Below are positions 18,401-28,191 of a DNA stretch of 47,149 nt, one piece after another. Location of the stretch: positions 1 through 47,149 of the forward strand of contig JAFGCP010000019.1 in NCBI GenBank assembly GCA_016932595.1, in the 5' to 3' direction. Positions within the stretch are counted from its first letter, which is position 1. Each line of letters opens with the position of its first letter. The notes below the pieces were generated by a model. The model saw only the letters and a list, made by a program, of their open reading frames with translations, searched no databases and was not told where the DNA came from. This stretch comes from Deltaproteobacteria bacterium (lineage in GTDB: Bacteria; Desulfobacterota; WTBG01; CAIYCZ01; CAIRTM01). Made by a program: the position numbers and the translations under genes.

Positions 18401-19465
18401 TCATCTACCTTTTGAAAAATCAATAATCTCTTTCATAAACTCTTCCATCAGCCTGTCCTTGGGGCATTTCCTGACGATTTTCCCTTTCTTGAACAGCACG
18501 CCGAAGCTCCGGCTGCCGGCAATGCCGATATCTGCCTCTTTTGCCTCGCCCGGGCCATTCACTTCGCAGCCCATAATGGCAATTTTGATAGGATAGGGGA
18601 AATCAGCCAGTTTTTTTTCGACCTGCCGCGCCATGCTGATAACGTCAATCTGCCTCCTGCCGCAGGTAGGGCAGGATATAAGTTCCGGCCCGCGGCGCCG
18701 TATACCGAGGCATTTAAGCATCTCATAGGCCACGCGAACTTCCTCCACCGGATCGGCGGAAAGCGATACGCGCAGGGTGTCGCCAATGCCCTCGGCAAGG
18801 AGAATACCAAGACCGATGGATGATTTTATTGTGCCCGAAAAAAGCGTCCCCGCTTCCGTAACACCAATATGCAGGGGATAGCGCGTTTTCTTTGACAGCA
18901 GCCGGTAAGCTTTAACGGTTGTGAGAACATCGGAAGATTTTATGGAAATTTTAATCTGGTTAAAATCCATATCCTCCACAAGACGCACATTGGCAAGAGC
19001 GCTTTCCACAAGGGCCTCGGCAACCGGGTGGCCGTATTTCCTTAAAATATGTTTCTCAAGCGAGCCGGCATTGACGCCGACGCGAATGGACAAATTACTG
19101 GCCCCCGCCTGTTTGACGACTTCGGCAAGGCGCTGCCTGCCTCCTATATTGCCGGGATTGATGCGTATGCCGTGCACGCCGGCATCAATGGCAGCCAGCG
19201 CAAGGCGGTAATTAAAATGAATATCTGCTATCACGGGAATAACGGAACCTTTGACAATTGCAGGCAACGCCGCCGCGGCAGTTTCATCGGGTACGGCAAC
19301 CCGTATTATCTCGCAGCCTGCCCGAACAAGCCGCCGGATCTGAGCAACCGTTGCTTTGGCGTCGCGGGTATCGGTATTTGTCATGGACTGCACGCTCACC
19401 GGCGCACCGCCGCCGACCGCAACAGAACCGACTTTTATTTGACAAGTCTTTTTGCGCTGTATCAT
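18401..19465 (-). CDS. ispG: 4-hydroxy-3-methylbut-2-en-1-yl diphosphate synthase
   Basis: RKKTCQIKVGSVAVGGGAPVSVQSMTNTDTRD. C-terminal CPTCGR and GCEVNGPGE. Confidence 0.95.
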   Translation of the reverse strand: MIQRKKTCQIKVGSVAVGGGAPVSVQSMTNTDTRDAKATVAQIRRLVRAGCEIIRVAVPDETAAAALPAIVKGSVIPVIADIHFNYRLALAAIDAGVHGIRINPGNIGGRQRLAEVVKQAGASNLSIRVGVNAGSLEKHILRKYGHPVAEALVESALANVRLVEDMDFNQIKISIKSSDVLTTVKAYRLLSKKTRYPLHIGVTEAGTLFSGTIKSSIGLGILLAEGIGDTLRVSLSADPVEEVRVAYEMLKCLGIRRRGPELISCPTCGRRQIDVISMARQVEKKLADFPYPIKIAIMGCEVNGPGEAKEADIGIAGSRSFGVLFKKGKIVRKCPKDRLMEEFMKEIIDFSKGR

Positions 19466-20385
19466 TGCTGCAGGGTTCCTATCACTTCAGAAAGTGCTGA
19501 GAGGTTTCTCTTCTGCAAATAGCTCTCAATCCCGTTCAAAATTTCATACGGGGCTTGGGGATTTACGAATAAGGCCGTACCGATCTCAAAAGCCCGGGCG
19601 CCGGCAATCAAAAACTGCAGCGCATCCTGAGCATTCATGATGCCGCCGAGGCCTATGACGGGAATTGACACCCGCTTAAGGGTTTCCCACACCATGCGAA
19701 GCGCAAGCGGACGTATGGCAGGGCCTGAAAGCCCTCCCGTGATATTGGCAAGTACCGGCTTGCAGGTATCAACGTCAACTGCCATGCCGGTGAAGGTATT
19801 GATCAGCGACAGGGCATCTGCACCTGCGTCCTGCACGCTTTTGGCAATGGCGCCTATATCAGTTACATTCGGTGTCAGCTTGACAATAAGAGGAAGCGTG
19901 GTTGCCTTGCGGATTCCTTCAGTGACTCTTGAAGCCATGGCCGGGTCCGTGCCGAAGCTGATGCCGCCCTCTTTAATGTTGGGGCATGAAATATTGGCCT
20001 CAAGGCCTGCTATGCCGTCGACGCCAGTCAATCTTTCTGCAAGCTTGATGTAATCGGCAATTGAAGTACCGTAAAAATTAACAATGACCGGCGTAGCAAA
20101 TTGTCGAAGGTACGGCATCTTCTCTTTGATGAAGCATTCAAGACCGACATTCTGCAAACCGATGGCATTCAGCATTCCGGAAGGAGTTTCCACTATACGG
20201 GGCGGAAGATTGCCCTGTGACGGCTCAAGCGATATGCCTTTCGTGACAATGGCGCCAAGAATATTATTATCTATAAACGATGCATATGCCTCACCGTAAC
20301 CGAATGTACCTGATGCCACCATCAGGGGGTTTTTCATCCTGATACCTGCTATGGTGACGCTGAGATCAAGAGCTTTGTCAGTCAT
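19462..20385 (-). CDS. pyrD: dihydroorotate dehydrogenase B, catalytic subunit
   Basis: MTDKALDLSVTIAGIRMKNPLMVASGTFGYG. I chose the internal ATG at 20385, which overlaps the pyrK stop (ATGACTGA). The track's longer ORF extends into pyrK. Confidence 0.9.
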   Translation of the reverse strand: MTDKALDLSVTIAGIRMKNPLMVASGTFGYGEAYASFIDNNILGAIVTKGISLEPSQGNLPPRIVETPSGMLNAIGLQNVGLECFIKEKMPYLRQFATPVIVNFYGTSIADYIKLAERLTGVDGIAGLEANISCPNIKEGGISFGTDPAMASRVTEGIRKATTLPLIVKLTPNVTDIGAIAKSVQDAGADALSLINTFTGMAVDVDTCKPVLANITGGLSGPAIRPLALRMVWETLKRVSIPVIGLGGIMNAQDALQFLIAGARAFEIGTALFVNPQAPYEILNGIESYLQKRNLSALSEVIGTLQQ

Positions 20386-21181
20386 AGTTCCATTCCAATG
20401 CCCTGCTGTCAAAAACCGGCCCATCGGCGCAGACCCGCTTAAAGCCGCCCCTGGCCTCAACCACACAGCCAAGGCAGGCGCCAACGCCGCAGGCCATATG
20501 CGCCTCAAGGGAAACCTGGCACGGGATGTTATATGCCGCAGCTATTCGCGCAACTTTTTTTAGCATGGAAGAAGGTCCACAGCTGTAGATACATGCTCCT
20601 TTAGCATTAATTTTTTTTCTTTCAAGCTCGCCAGCCAATGTATCAGTAACAAAACCCTGAAATTTTTGAGTGCCATCTTCAGTCACAAATACATACTCAA
20701 AATCCTCATTAACAATACACCCCTCAACAAGAGCTCTTTCCTTACCGGTTTTTGCGCCAAAAAAGAACTCGCGTTGTAAATCTCGCGATTCAACAAGGAT
20801 TTTTGCAAGATACAGCAGTGGTGCGGCACCAATACCACCGGCAACAAGTACAGCTGTCTTAATAACATCGGGAATTATAAAACTATTTCCTAGCGGACCA
20901 ATCAGACTGACTGAACGGCCCGGTTCCCACGCAGCCATGAGCTGCGTACCCCTGCCCTTCACCTGGAACAGCAGCTCCACCGTATCGCCGCAGGTCCCGC
21001 TCAGGCTTAGCGGCCGTCGAAGGAGCGGATCGGTACCGTCCTGCACCTGAATCATGACAAACTGACCTGGCCGTGATTGTCGGGCAAGCGCAGGTGCATG
21101 AAGCACAAAATGAAACGTGCCGGGAATGACCTCACGCTTGGAAACAAGCTCAGCAGTATGGGTAGTAGCATTATGTATCAT
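20378..21181 (-). CDS. pyrK: dihydroorotate dehydrogenase B, electron-transfer (FAD/2Fe-2S) subunit
   Basis: Ferredoxin-reductase-type fold. C-terminal cluster motif MACGVGACLGC. Confidence 0.9.
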   Translation of the reverse strand: MIHNATTHTAELVSKREVIPGTFHFVLHAPALARQSRPGQFVMIQVQDGTDPLLRRPLSLSGTCGDTVELLFQVKGRGTQLMAAWEPGRSVSLIGPLGNSFIIPDVIKTAVLVAGGIGAAPLLYLAKILVESRDLQREFFFGAKTGKERALVEGCIVNEDFEYVFVTEDGTQKFQGFVTDTLAGELERKKINAKGACIYSCGPSSMLKKVARIAAAYNIPCQVSLEAHMACGVGACLGCVVEARGGFKRVCADGPVFDSRALEWNYD

Positions 21182-21197
21182 TTCGGCACGCCTGCTT

Positions 21198-21647
21198 TCA
21201 GCTAAAAACGGTCATACTCATAAGGACGGCATCTTCTCGAGTATCGGAATAATAGGCCTTCCGCAGCCCGGCTTTTATAAAACCCGCTTTTTCGTAAAAT
21301 CGCAGGGCTGCCATATTGGACGCACGCACTTCGAGAAAAAATGTCTTCATCCCCCGGCACGCCGCCTCTTGCATGACATAAGAAAGAAGCGTTGAACCGT
21401 TGCCGAGGCGCTGCTTTTTTTTACTGAAAGCGATACGATTCACGGTGCATTCGTCACAAACAAACCAGGCATCAACATAGCCGATAACCACGTCATCCTC
21501 CACCGCCACATAGCAGTGCGCGCAGTCGGCTTGCATATCCTGAAAAAACATTGCCCGCGACCACGGATCCGAAAAAACCTCCGCCTCAATTGCAACAACA
21601 GCATCGAGATGTTTCTCGCGCATCGCAGTAATCGTCATGCTGTTCAT
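21198..21647 (-). CDS. rimI: GNAT acetyltransferase, RimI-like
   Basis: 149 aa. ITAMREKHLDAVVAIEAEVFSDPWS ... RLGNGSTLL ... LEVRASNMAALRFYEKAGF. Confidence 0.8.
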   Translation of the reverse strand: MNSMTITAMREKHLDAVVAIEAEVFSDPWSRAMFFQDMQADCAHCYVAVEDDVVIGYVDAWFVCDECTVNRIAFSKKKQRLGNGSTLLSYVMQEAACRGMKTFFLEVRASNMAALRFYEKAGFIKAGLRKAYYSDTREDAVLMSMTVFS

Positions 21648-21671
21648 GGCAGTCTATCAGCAGTGCTGAAG

Positions 21672-22091
21672 CTACTTGCCAGTGAGCTTTTGCTGCTGAA
21701 GCAGTTCGCTGGCTATGCAAATATTCTTCTGACCATATGCTTTCAATTCACTTGCGAGCTCTGCCAGCTTCCTGCCATTGCTCCGCAGCGTAATCAGGCG
21801 TATCAGCATGGGCAGGTTCACCCCCGTGAGCACCTCGACTTTGCCTTCTTCCAAAAACGACAGGCTCAGATTCGAAGGCGTTCCGCCAAACATATCGGTC
21901 AGCACCAGAACACCATTTCCCCTGTTCACCTTTTGAATGGCAGCGGCCACCTTCTTCATGGAATCATCAGGGGATTCGTCAGGCTCAAAATTAACCGGGC
22001 AGATATTATCAATGTCGCCGACGATATTTTTTACGATACGGTACAATTCATCGGGAAGTCTGCAGTGACCGACAAGCACTATTCCAATCAT
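21672..22091 (-). CDS. PTS EIIA component, mannose/fructose family
   Basis: MIGIVLVGHCRLPDELY ... VLVLTDMFGGTPSN. The internal ATG at 22091 has AGGAG upstream. Confidence 0.8.
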   Translation of the reverse strand: MIGIVLVGHCRLPDELYRIVKNIVGDIDNICPVNFEPDESPDDSMKKVAAAIQKVNRGNGVLVLTDMFGGTPSNLSLSFLEEGKVEVLTGVNLPMLIRLITLRSNGRKLAELASELKAYGQKNICIASELLQQQKLTGK

Positions 22092-22144
22092 CCGGCAGGT
22101 ACTCCTTTCAACCATCCCTGTTGCCGCAGGTATGGATGCGGGGT

Positions 22145-23011
22145 TTACTCTTTATCTATATCCCTGTGTTGAGCATAAACACCTGGGCGATGCTCCAGGA
22201 AAAAGGCCTGCAAAATATTTACGACCGCAACGGACCGGTGCTTCCCCCCCGTACACCCGATAGCGACGGTTAAATACGATTTGCCCTCCCGCTCAAACAA
22301 GGGCAGCTGAAATAATAAGAAATCGCGCAGCCGATCAACAAACTCACGTGCATCCTGTCTGCTCAGGACATACTGCACAACAGCATCGTCATTGCCGGTA
22401 AAATTTTTCAGCTCAGGTACAAAATGGGGGTTCGGCATAAACCGAACATCTATCACGATATCAGCTTCATGCGGCACGCCGTATTTAAAACCAAATGATA
22501 GGAACGTCAAAATCATGTCGCGTTTTGAAATACCGTGAAAATAATCTTCAATTGTTTTTTTTAATTCATGGATATTCCATGCGGATGTATCGACTATATG
22601 ATCTGACATGGATTTTATTTCTTTGAGCATCGAGCGCTCCCGCATGATTCCATCCAGAACCGTGCCGCCTTCGCTTAATGGATGCTGCCGCCGCGTTTCA
22701 CTGAAGCGCTGCACAAGAATGGAATCCTCACACTCGAGAAAAATAAGAACGGGCGCATGATGCGCCTGAAGCAGCTTTTCAAAGATGTGCTTAAAATCCT
22801 TTAAAAAACTGCGCTCCCGCACGTCCATAACAAGCGCGACCCGGGAAATCTCAAAAGTAGAATTCTGGCAAAGTTCAATAAACATGGGCAGCAGCAGAAT
22901 CGGCAAATTATCAACACAAAAAAAACCAAGGTCTTCCAGAGTGCGCAAGGCCGTACTTTTTCCGGAGCCTGAAAGCCCGCTTAAAATTATAATATCTATT
23001 TTCTTTGCCAT
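22145..23011 (-). CDS. rapZ: RNase adapter / nucleotide-binding protein RapZ (YhbJ)
   Basis: P-loop ILSGLSGSGKSTALRTLEDLGFFCVDNLP. C-terminal GCTGGKHRSV. Confidence 0.92.
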   Translation of the reverse strand: MAKKIDIIILSGLSGSGKSTALRTLEDLGFFCVDNLPILLLPMFIELCQNSTFEISRVALVMDVRERSFLKDFKHIFEKLLQAHHAPVLIFLECEDSILVQRFSETRRQHPLSEGGTVLDGIMRERSMLKEIKSMSDHIVDTSAWNIHELKKTIEDYFHGISKRDMILTFLSFGFKYGVPHEADIVIDVRFMPNPHFVPELKNFTGNDDAVVQYVLSRQDAREFVDRLRDFLLFQLPLFEREGKSYLTVAIGCTGGKHRSVAVVNILQAFFLEHRPGVYAQHRDIDKE

Positions 23012-23095
23012 AGCCTTCAGGGAAGGAAGTCACCCCGCCAGATGCAGCTGGCGGGGTGGCAAAAGATGCAGGTTAATTTCACAAGCATGCAGCAG

Positions 23096-23563
23096 TCATG
23101 CAGTTATTCTTTCATCTTCATCGACCACGATAGTATAAAGAGCTGCAGCGTCTGGCGCACCAAGCAGGTCGTCGCGAAAATTTTTCTCTTTCAGAAGCCG
23201 GGAAAGGCGCGCAAGAGCCTTGAGGTGAACACCCGCAGAGTTGGATGGAGCAACCAGCAAAAAAATAAGGTGGGCGGGCTTACCATCAAGCGAATCAAAC
23301 TCAATGCCAGCTGTGCTGCGGGCAAACACGAGGCAGATATTTTCAAGACCGTCAAGCTTGCCATGTGGTATGGCAATGCCGTTGCCGATACCGGTGCTTC
23401 CGAGTTTTTCCCGCTCTATCAATACATTGTATAAATCCTTTAAATCTATGCCATGCCTGTTGGCCGCAAGACAGGCCACCATTTCTTCCAGAGCCATCTG
23501 CTTGGTCCCGGCCTTTAAGTCTGCAATAATCAGTTTTTCGCTCAAAAGTTCGCTTATTTTCAT
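23096..23563 (-). CDS. ptsN: PTS-Ntr EIIA (nitrogen regulatory IIA)
   Basis: MKISELLSEKLIIADLKAGTKQMALEEMV ... GNGIAIPHGKL. Start set at the internal ATG at 23563. Confidence 0.88.
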   Translation of the reverse strand: MKISELLSEKLIIADLKAGTKQMALEEMVACLAANRHGIDLKDLYNVLIEREKLGSTGIGNGIAIPHGKLDGLENICLVFARSTAGIEFDSLDGKPAHLIFLLVAPSNSAGVHLKALARLSRLLKEKNFRDDLLGAPDAAALYTIVVDEDERITA

Positions 23564-23595
23564 AAAGTAACCCCTGTCAAATCGCAATGCTATCT

Positions 23596-24129
23596 TTAAA
23601 TATTTTCCGGCTCAATAAGCCCGAAATCACCATTCCGCCGCTTATACAAGACATTAACATTGTCCGTATCGATATTTTTAAAAACGAAAAACTCATCATC
23701 GTTCTGCCCTATGTGTACCAAAGCGGTGTCAACACTCATCGTTTTGATCGATATGCTCTCGGACTTAACAATGCTCTGCTCACGTGATGCCGTGAGCTGA
23801 TCGGCTGAAAAAACATTATGGAGAGCTTTTTTATGTTCTTTATGGCTGGTAATTTTATCCTTATGCTTTTTAACCTGCCGCTCGATCTTATCCACCACTA
23901 AATCAATGGAGGCATACATATTGTCTTCATGCTTTTCTTTTGCGGTAATTTTAGCCCGGTTTGCATGCACGATCACTTCGGCGATATGAGCACGCTTTTC
24001 ATGAGAAAGAATAATATGCACTTCTGTTATATTGCCCAGGTACTTTTCAATCCGCGAGACCTTATCCATGGCATAATCTTTCAATGCATCGCTTGGCTCA
24101 AGGTGGCGAAAAGTTACTGTTATTTCCAT
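23596..24129 (-). CDS. hpf: ribosome hibernation promoting factor (long form)
   Basis: MEITVTFRHLEPSDALKDYAMDKVSRIEKYL. GAAAGGAG RBS before the ATG at 24129. The longer track ORF would overlap rpoN. Confidence 0.9.
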   Translation of the reverse strand: MEITVTFRHLEPSDALKDYAMDKVSRIEKYLGNITEVHIILSHEKRAHIAEVIVHANRAKITAKEKHEDNMYASIDLVVDKIERQVKKHKDKITSHKEHKKALHNVFSADQLTASREQSIVKSESISIKTMSVDTALVHIGQNDDEFFVFKNIDTDNVNVLYKRRNGDFGLIEPENI

Positions 24130-24142
24130 AACGGCTCCTTTC

Positions 24143-25576
24143 TCAAGGTTGATAAATATGTTTTTTCCTCTTTGACGAGGAAAGAACCCCCAGCATCTCA
24201 CGATACTTTGTTACCGTACGACGGGCGATGTTTACACCCTTTGCTTTCAACATTTTAACAATTTCCTGATCGCTGCAGGGCTTGCGCGCATCCTCATTGT
24301 TGACGAGTTCTCTAATCATGTTTTTTACACTCTCCGAGGCAATAGAATCCCCGTCATCGGAAGAAAGGCCGCTGTTAAAAAAATATTTCAGCTCAAAAAT
24401 ACCATGTGGCGTCAACACATACTTGTTGGTCGTAATGCGGCTCACATTGGATTCATGCATTCCCACATCCTCGGCAATATCCCGCAGCACCAGCGGCTTC
24501 AGGTAGCCTGTGCCGTAATCAAAAAAATCATGCTGAAACTTGATAATACTTTTCATGACATTGACAATGGTCGACTGGCGATGATACACGCTTTTAATGA
24601 GCCAGACAGCCGAGCGAAGTTTATCCTGAATGTACTCTTTTGTTTTATCAGAACCGCCCTTATTGCCGGATAGAATGTTCTTGTAAAATGAATTAATGCG
24701 GAGCTTGGGCTGGCCGTCCTCGTTGAGCATAACGACATACTCATCTCCGGACTTGTAAACGTATATGTCGGGAGTAACATACTGCGTTTCATTGTCGTTA
24801 AAAGCCCGTCCTGGTCGCGGCTCCATATTGGCAATAATCTCGCAGGCTTCGAGAACCTCCCTGAGCGGCACCTTTAAATCCCGGGCAATGACTTGATACT
24901 TCTTTCGTTCAAGCTCCTTCATGCAATGCGTCAGTATCTGCTTAATAAGTCCGCTGTCGCAGGGAAGCAGCTCCGTCTGGGCGAGCAGGCACTCGGCAAG
25001 ATTAAGGGAGGCAACCCCTACAGGATCAAACCGCATAATTCTTCTGCGAACCTCCTCGACGCACTGTCTCTCGACACCAAGATCAGCTGCAACCTCATCC
25101 GGCGTCAGGAGAAGATAGCCGTCTTTATTAATGTTGCCTATGATATATTCGCCAATCTCCATTTCCTGATCGCTGAAATCATGCAGATGCAGCTGCCAGA
25201 GCAGATGATCTGCAAAAGAAGTTTTTTTGGTAATGGACGGGGAATACTCCTCTCGCTCACCCCCATCAAAATATCCGCCGCCGGAAGGGCTGAATGAACG
25301 ATCGACATAGTCACGCCAGTCAAAATCATCGGCAGGCTCGGGCTTACGGTCTTCAAGCACCGCTGCTTCATCAACGCGCTCCCCACGTTCATCTTTTGCC
25401 TCAAGCTCCGGCTCCAGCGCTTCGTCAAGAACGGGGTTTTCATTAATCTCCTGTGTAATAAGGTCGGATAGCTCGAGGCGAGAGAGCTGCAGGAGCTTAA
25501 TCGCCTGCTGCAGCTGGGGAGTCATCACGAGCTGCTGAGTAAGTTTGAGTTGCTGCTTGAGTTCCATGCCGGACAA
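24143..25576 (-). CDS. rpoN: RNA polymerase sigma-54 factor
   Basis: N-terminal LKQQLKLTQQLVMTPQLQQAIKLLQLS. C-terminal RpoN box ARRTVTKYR. Confidence 0.96.
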   Translation of the reverse strand: MSGMELKQQLKLTQQLVMTPQLQQAIKLLQLSRLELSDLITQEINENPVLDEALEPELEAKDERGERVDEAAVLEDRKPEPADDFDWRDYVDRSFSPSGGGYFDGGEREEYSPSITKKTSFADHLLWQLHLHDFSDQEMEIGEYIIGNINKDGYLLLTPDEVAADLGVERQCVEEVRRRIMRFDPVGVASLNLAECLLAQTELLPCDSGLIKQILTHCMKELERKKYQVIARDLKVPLREVLEACEIIANMEPRPGRAFNDNETQYVTPDIYVYKSGDEYVVMLNEDGQPKLRINSFYKNILSGNKGGSDKTKEYIQDKLRSAVWLIKSVYHRQSTIVNVMKSIIKFQHDFFDYGTGYLKPLVLRDIAEDVGMHESNVSRITTNKYVLTPHGIFELKYFFNSGLSSDDGDSIASESVKNMIRELVNNEDARKPCSDQEIVKMLKAKGVNIARRTVTKYREMLGVLSSSKRKKHIYQP

Positions 25577-25579
25577 CCA

Positions 25580-26305
25580 TTACATGCTGAATTTTTCGCC
25601 CAGATAAATAGCGCGGGCACTGCTGCTTTCGACAATCTTCTCTGGCTCACCCTCTTCAAGCACGCGGCCTTCATATATAATATAAGCACGCTTACAGATA
25701 TTGAGCGTTTCACGCACATTATGGTCTGATATGAGAACGCCGATGCCTCGTGAGCTCAGCCGCAGTATTATATTCTGAATATCCTGAACCGCAATCGGGT
25801 CAACTCCGGTGAAAGGCTCATCGAAAAGAATAAATTGGGGTGACGTTACAAGAGCTCGGGTAATCTCAACGCGGCGCCGCTCGCCGCCGGAGAGAAGATA
25901 TGCTTTGCGTTTAGCAATATGCGCAATAGTGAGCTCCCGCAGATTCTCCTCAAGACGTTCCTGCATTTCCTCGCGGGTTATCGGCAGGGTTTCAAGCACG
26001 GCCATGATGTTTTCCTCGACCGTAAGCTTTCGAAAAATGGAGGTTTCCTGTGGCAGATAGGTTATTCCTTTGCGCGCCCGCTGATACATCGGGTACTCGG
26101 TTATATCTTCCGAGTTAAAGTAAACTTTGCCGGCATCAGGCTTGTAAATTCCCGTGAGCATATAAAAAGTAGTTGTTTTGCCGGCGCCATTCGGGCCAAG
26201 CAGCCCCACAACCTCGCCCTTGTTTACCTCAATGGAGATATTGTCAACAACCCTTTTTTTACCGAAATTTTTTATAAGACCATGTGATCTAAGCTGACTC
26301 ATCAA
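25580..26305 (-). CDS. lptB: LPS export ABC transporter ATP-binding protein
   Basis: Walker A GPNGAGKTT, signature LSGGERRR, Walker B ILFDEP. Sits in the conserved position between lptA and rpoN. Confidence 0.93.
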   Translation of the reverse strand: MMSQLRSHGLIKNFGKKRVVDNISIEVNKGEVVGLLGPNGAGKTTTFYMLTGIYKPDAGKVYFNSEDITEYPMYQRARKGITYLPQETSIFRKLTVEENIMAVLETLPITREEMQERLEENLRELTIAHIAKRKAYLLSGGERRRVEITRALVTSPQFILFDEPFTGVDPIAVQDIQNIILRLSSRGIGVLISDHNVRETLNICKRAYIIYEGRVLEEGEPEKIVESSSARAIYLGEKFSM

Positions 26306-26377
26306 TACCTTTCAAGTCAAAGTACTCATCTGGAAACTGGCTGTGAGTCCATTGCACTGAGTACAATATAGTATTTT

Positions 26378-27556
26378 TTACTTCTTTTTTCCCTTCTTTT
26401 CTTTAGGTTGGATGGTAGCGCTGACCCGGGCCTGAGGGGTTCCCTCAACAACACTCCGATCCTGCTTCAAATAGACGGTGATTTTATTGCCGACAATAAC
26501 ATTGTCGCCCTGCCAGACGCGGGGATTACCCGTTGCGACAATTTTTTGCTCATCGCCGTAGAATACTATTTTCTGTCCGGTAGCGATACGGTCTCCTTGT
26601 ATAATTTTCACATTTCCGGTTGCTGCAAGCTCCTTGATGCCGCCCTTTTCATTTTTGCCGCCAGCCTTGCCGGCATAGGTGGCTTCCATCTGATCGGCAA
26701 ACATGGACATATCACCTTGCCGGGCCACGACATTACCGCGAAAAATGGCGGTATTATCCTTGTTGCTGTACTCCAGAGAATCAGAGCTTATATTCACCGG
26801 CTGATCAAGCTTTAACGGCTTGCCGTCTTCTTTTCTATCACTGCCCGGCTTTTTCTTCTTTCCTGGCATCGCCTGCTTTGGCGGGCTGTCTTCCACCAGC
26901 TCTTCGAGCTGCTGAGGATCATCTGAAGCCTTTAACTGCCGCGCTTCTGCGTCAGCCATCTCCTGCTCGTCAGCCAGTTCACGTTCAACCGCTTTTTCAT
27001 AGTCCGCTGCACCGGCCTCACCTGCGGGCGCCGAATATTTTTTTCTTATTTTCACTTTCGGAAGCTGTGCCGGGGGAATAAGCGGCGCCTTGTCAAGCAG
27101 TTCCTGCTCAATTTTTCCGGCGAGCTCTTCAATAGCTCTGTCAGCATCCGGGCCTTCGGCATAGGTCTTAAAATAGTTGTCACCAGGAAAATTATAAAAG
27201 ACCTGGGCATCAACACTGACTGCATCCTGAACGGACGTTACGCTGCCAAACAGCACAAAATTTACGTTCAACTGCCTGGCAACCTCCCGCAGCCGCTCCT
27301 CGCTTGGCGCTGCAGCCTCATCAATGTCGATAACCGCTTTCAGATCATCAATAGCAGGCGTCACGATAAGAGGGTTGGCGGAAAGCTTCTGCAGAAGCTT
27401 CACCGCCACATCTCTGCCCAGAGATGTTTTCTGCTCTCCGCTGAATGATTCAAACGGCAGCACAGATGCACTCACCGCAATATCCTGCTCCGCCCGGCCC
27501 GTAAAGGGCACTAGCAGCGCAACCAGCACTACACCAAAAAAAATATTTTTTTTCAT
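26378..27556 (-). CDS. lptA: LptA-like periplasmic LPS transport protein with ~230-aa N-terminal extension
   Basis: The C-terminal ~150 aa are OstA/LptA-like (ISSDSLEYSNKDNTAIFRGNVVARQGD...ATGNVKIIQGD...ATGNPRVWQGD) with a Lys-rich tail. The N-terminal half carries a signal peptide, a VLPFESFSG motif and an acidic linker. Confidence 0.8.
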   Translation of the reverse strand: MKKNIFFGVVLVALLVPFTGRAEQDIAVSASVLPFESFSGEQKTSLGRDVAVKLLQKLSANPLIVTPAIDDLKAVIDIDEAAAPSEERLREVARQLNVNFVLFGSVTSVQDAVSVDAQVFYNFPGDNYFKTYAEGPDADRAIEELAGKIEQELLDKAPLIPPAQLPKVKIRKKYSAPAGEAGAADYEKAVERELADEQEMADAEARQLKASDDPQQLEELVEDSPPKQAMPGKKKKPGSDRKEDGKPLKLDQPVNISSDSLEYSNKDNTAIFRGNVVARQGDMSMFADQMEATYAGKAGGKNEKGGIKELAATGNVKIIQGDRIATGQKIVFYGDEQKIVATGNPRVWQGDNVIVGNKITVYLKQDRSVVEGTPQARVSATIQPKEKKGKKK

Positions 27557-28125
27557 TTGCTCCCCAGCGCCTTTACATTACTCGAAATTGTCAATTTTTC
27601 TTTAGCCATATCTATTATCATGCCCTTGCCTTCCAATGCAAACTTACTATTGCGGCGGATGAAAACCTTATCCTGCGTCGTTATAAGCCGTTTCGCATGA
27701 TTATAATCGACAGACTGTGTCTGTATGGTTGTGTTGTCCGGCATGGAACCCCAAATGTCGCCATGCATCTTGATGTCACGGGATTCCGTATTGAATTCGC
27801 CCTGCCGGCCGCGTATTTTAAACACCTTCCCGTTGGGACGATAGACGCTGACAGAAAGATTTTCAAGAATAACGCGCTTTTCTTTTTGCAGATACTGCGC
27901 TGACTCGGCCTCCAAATCCCACTCTTTAAAATTATCATTGTTTGTGGTTGAGTATGCAACATTTTTCAGCGCAACACTCGGGCCGGCGGCCTTGACGGCC
28001 GCGGGAAGGTCTGTTTTAATAACAATCTGTTGTTTTTTGCTGCCAATAGCCATTCCGACAACGACCGAAACAGCAACGGCGGAAACAAACAGAAGCGCAA
28101 AACGTATTCTTTTAATGGTTACCAT
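27553..28125 (-). CDS. lptC: LPS export system protein LptC
   Basis: 190 aa with a single N-terminal TM anchor. Positioned between kdsC and lptA, with a 4-nt overlap with lptA. Confidence 0.8.
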   Translation of the reverse strand: MVTIKRIRFALLFVSAVAVSVVVGMAIGSKKQQIVIKTDLPAAVKAAGPSVALKNVAYSTTNNDNFKEWDLEAESAQYLQKEKRVILENLSVSVYRPNGKVFKIRGRQGEFNTESRDIKMHGDIWGSMPDNTTIQTQSVDYNHAKRLITTQDKVFIRRNSKFALEGKGMIIDMAKEKLTISSNVKALGSK

Positions 28126-28191
28126 AATCGTCTCACAATGGTGTATACAAGCATGCCGCGACGGTTAGTCCGGCAGGATGAGCTTTAACCA

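Noticed and set aside
20385-20508. N-terminal extensions of track ORFs for pyrD, and likewise for pdxA 42883-43008, hpf 24130-24201, ptsN 23564-23587, hisA 45280-45306, EIIA 22092-22115, rpmB 14250-14267 and AOR 39757-39771
   Set aside because: The extensions overlap upstream genes or contain the RBS. Internal ATGs give canonical N-termini (for example MTDKALDLSV, MSDKLPVIGITMGDP, MEITVTF, MIIIPAIDLKNG, MYGYTGK).
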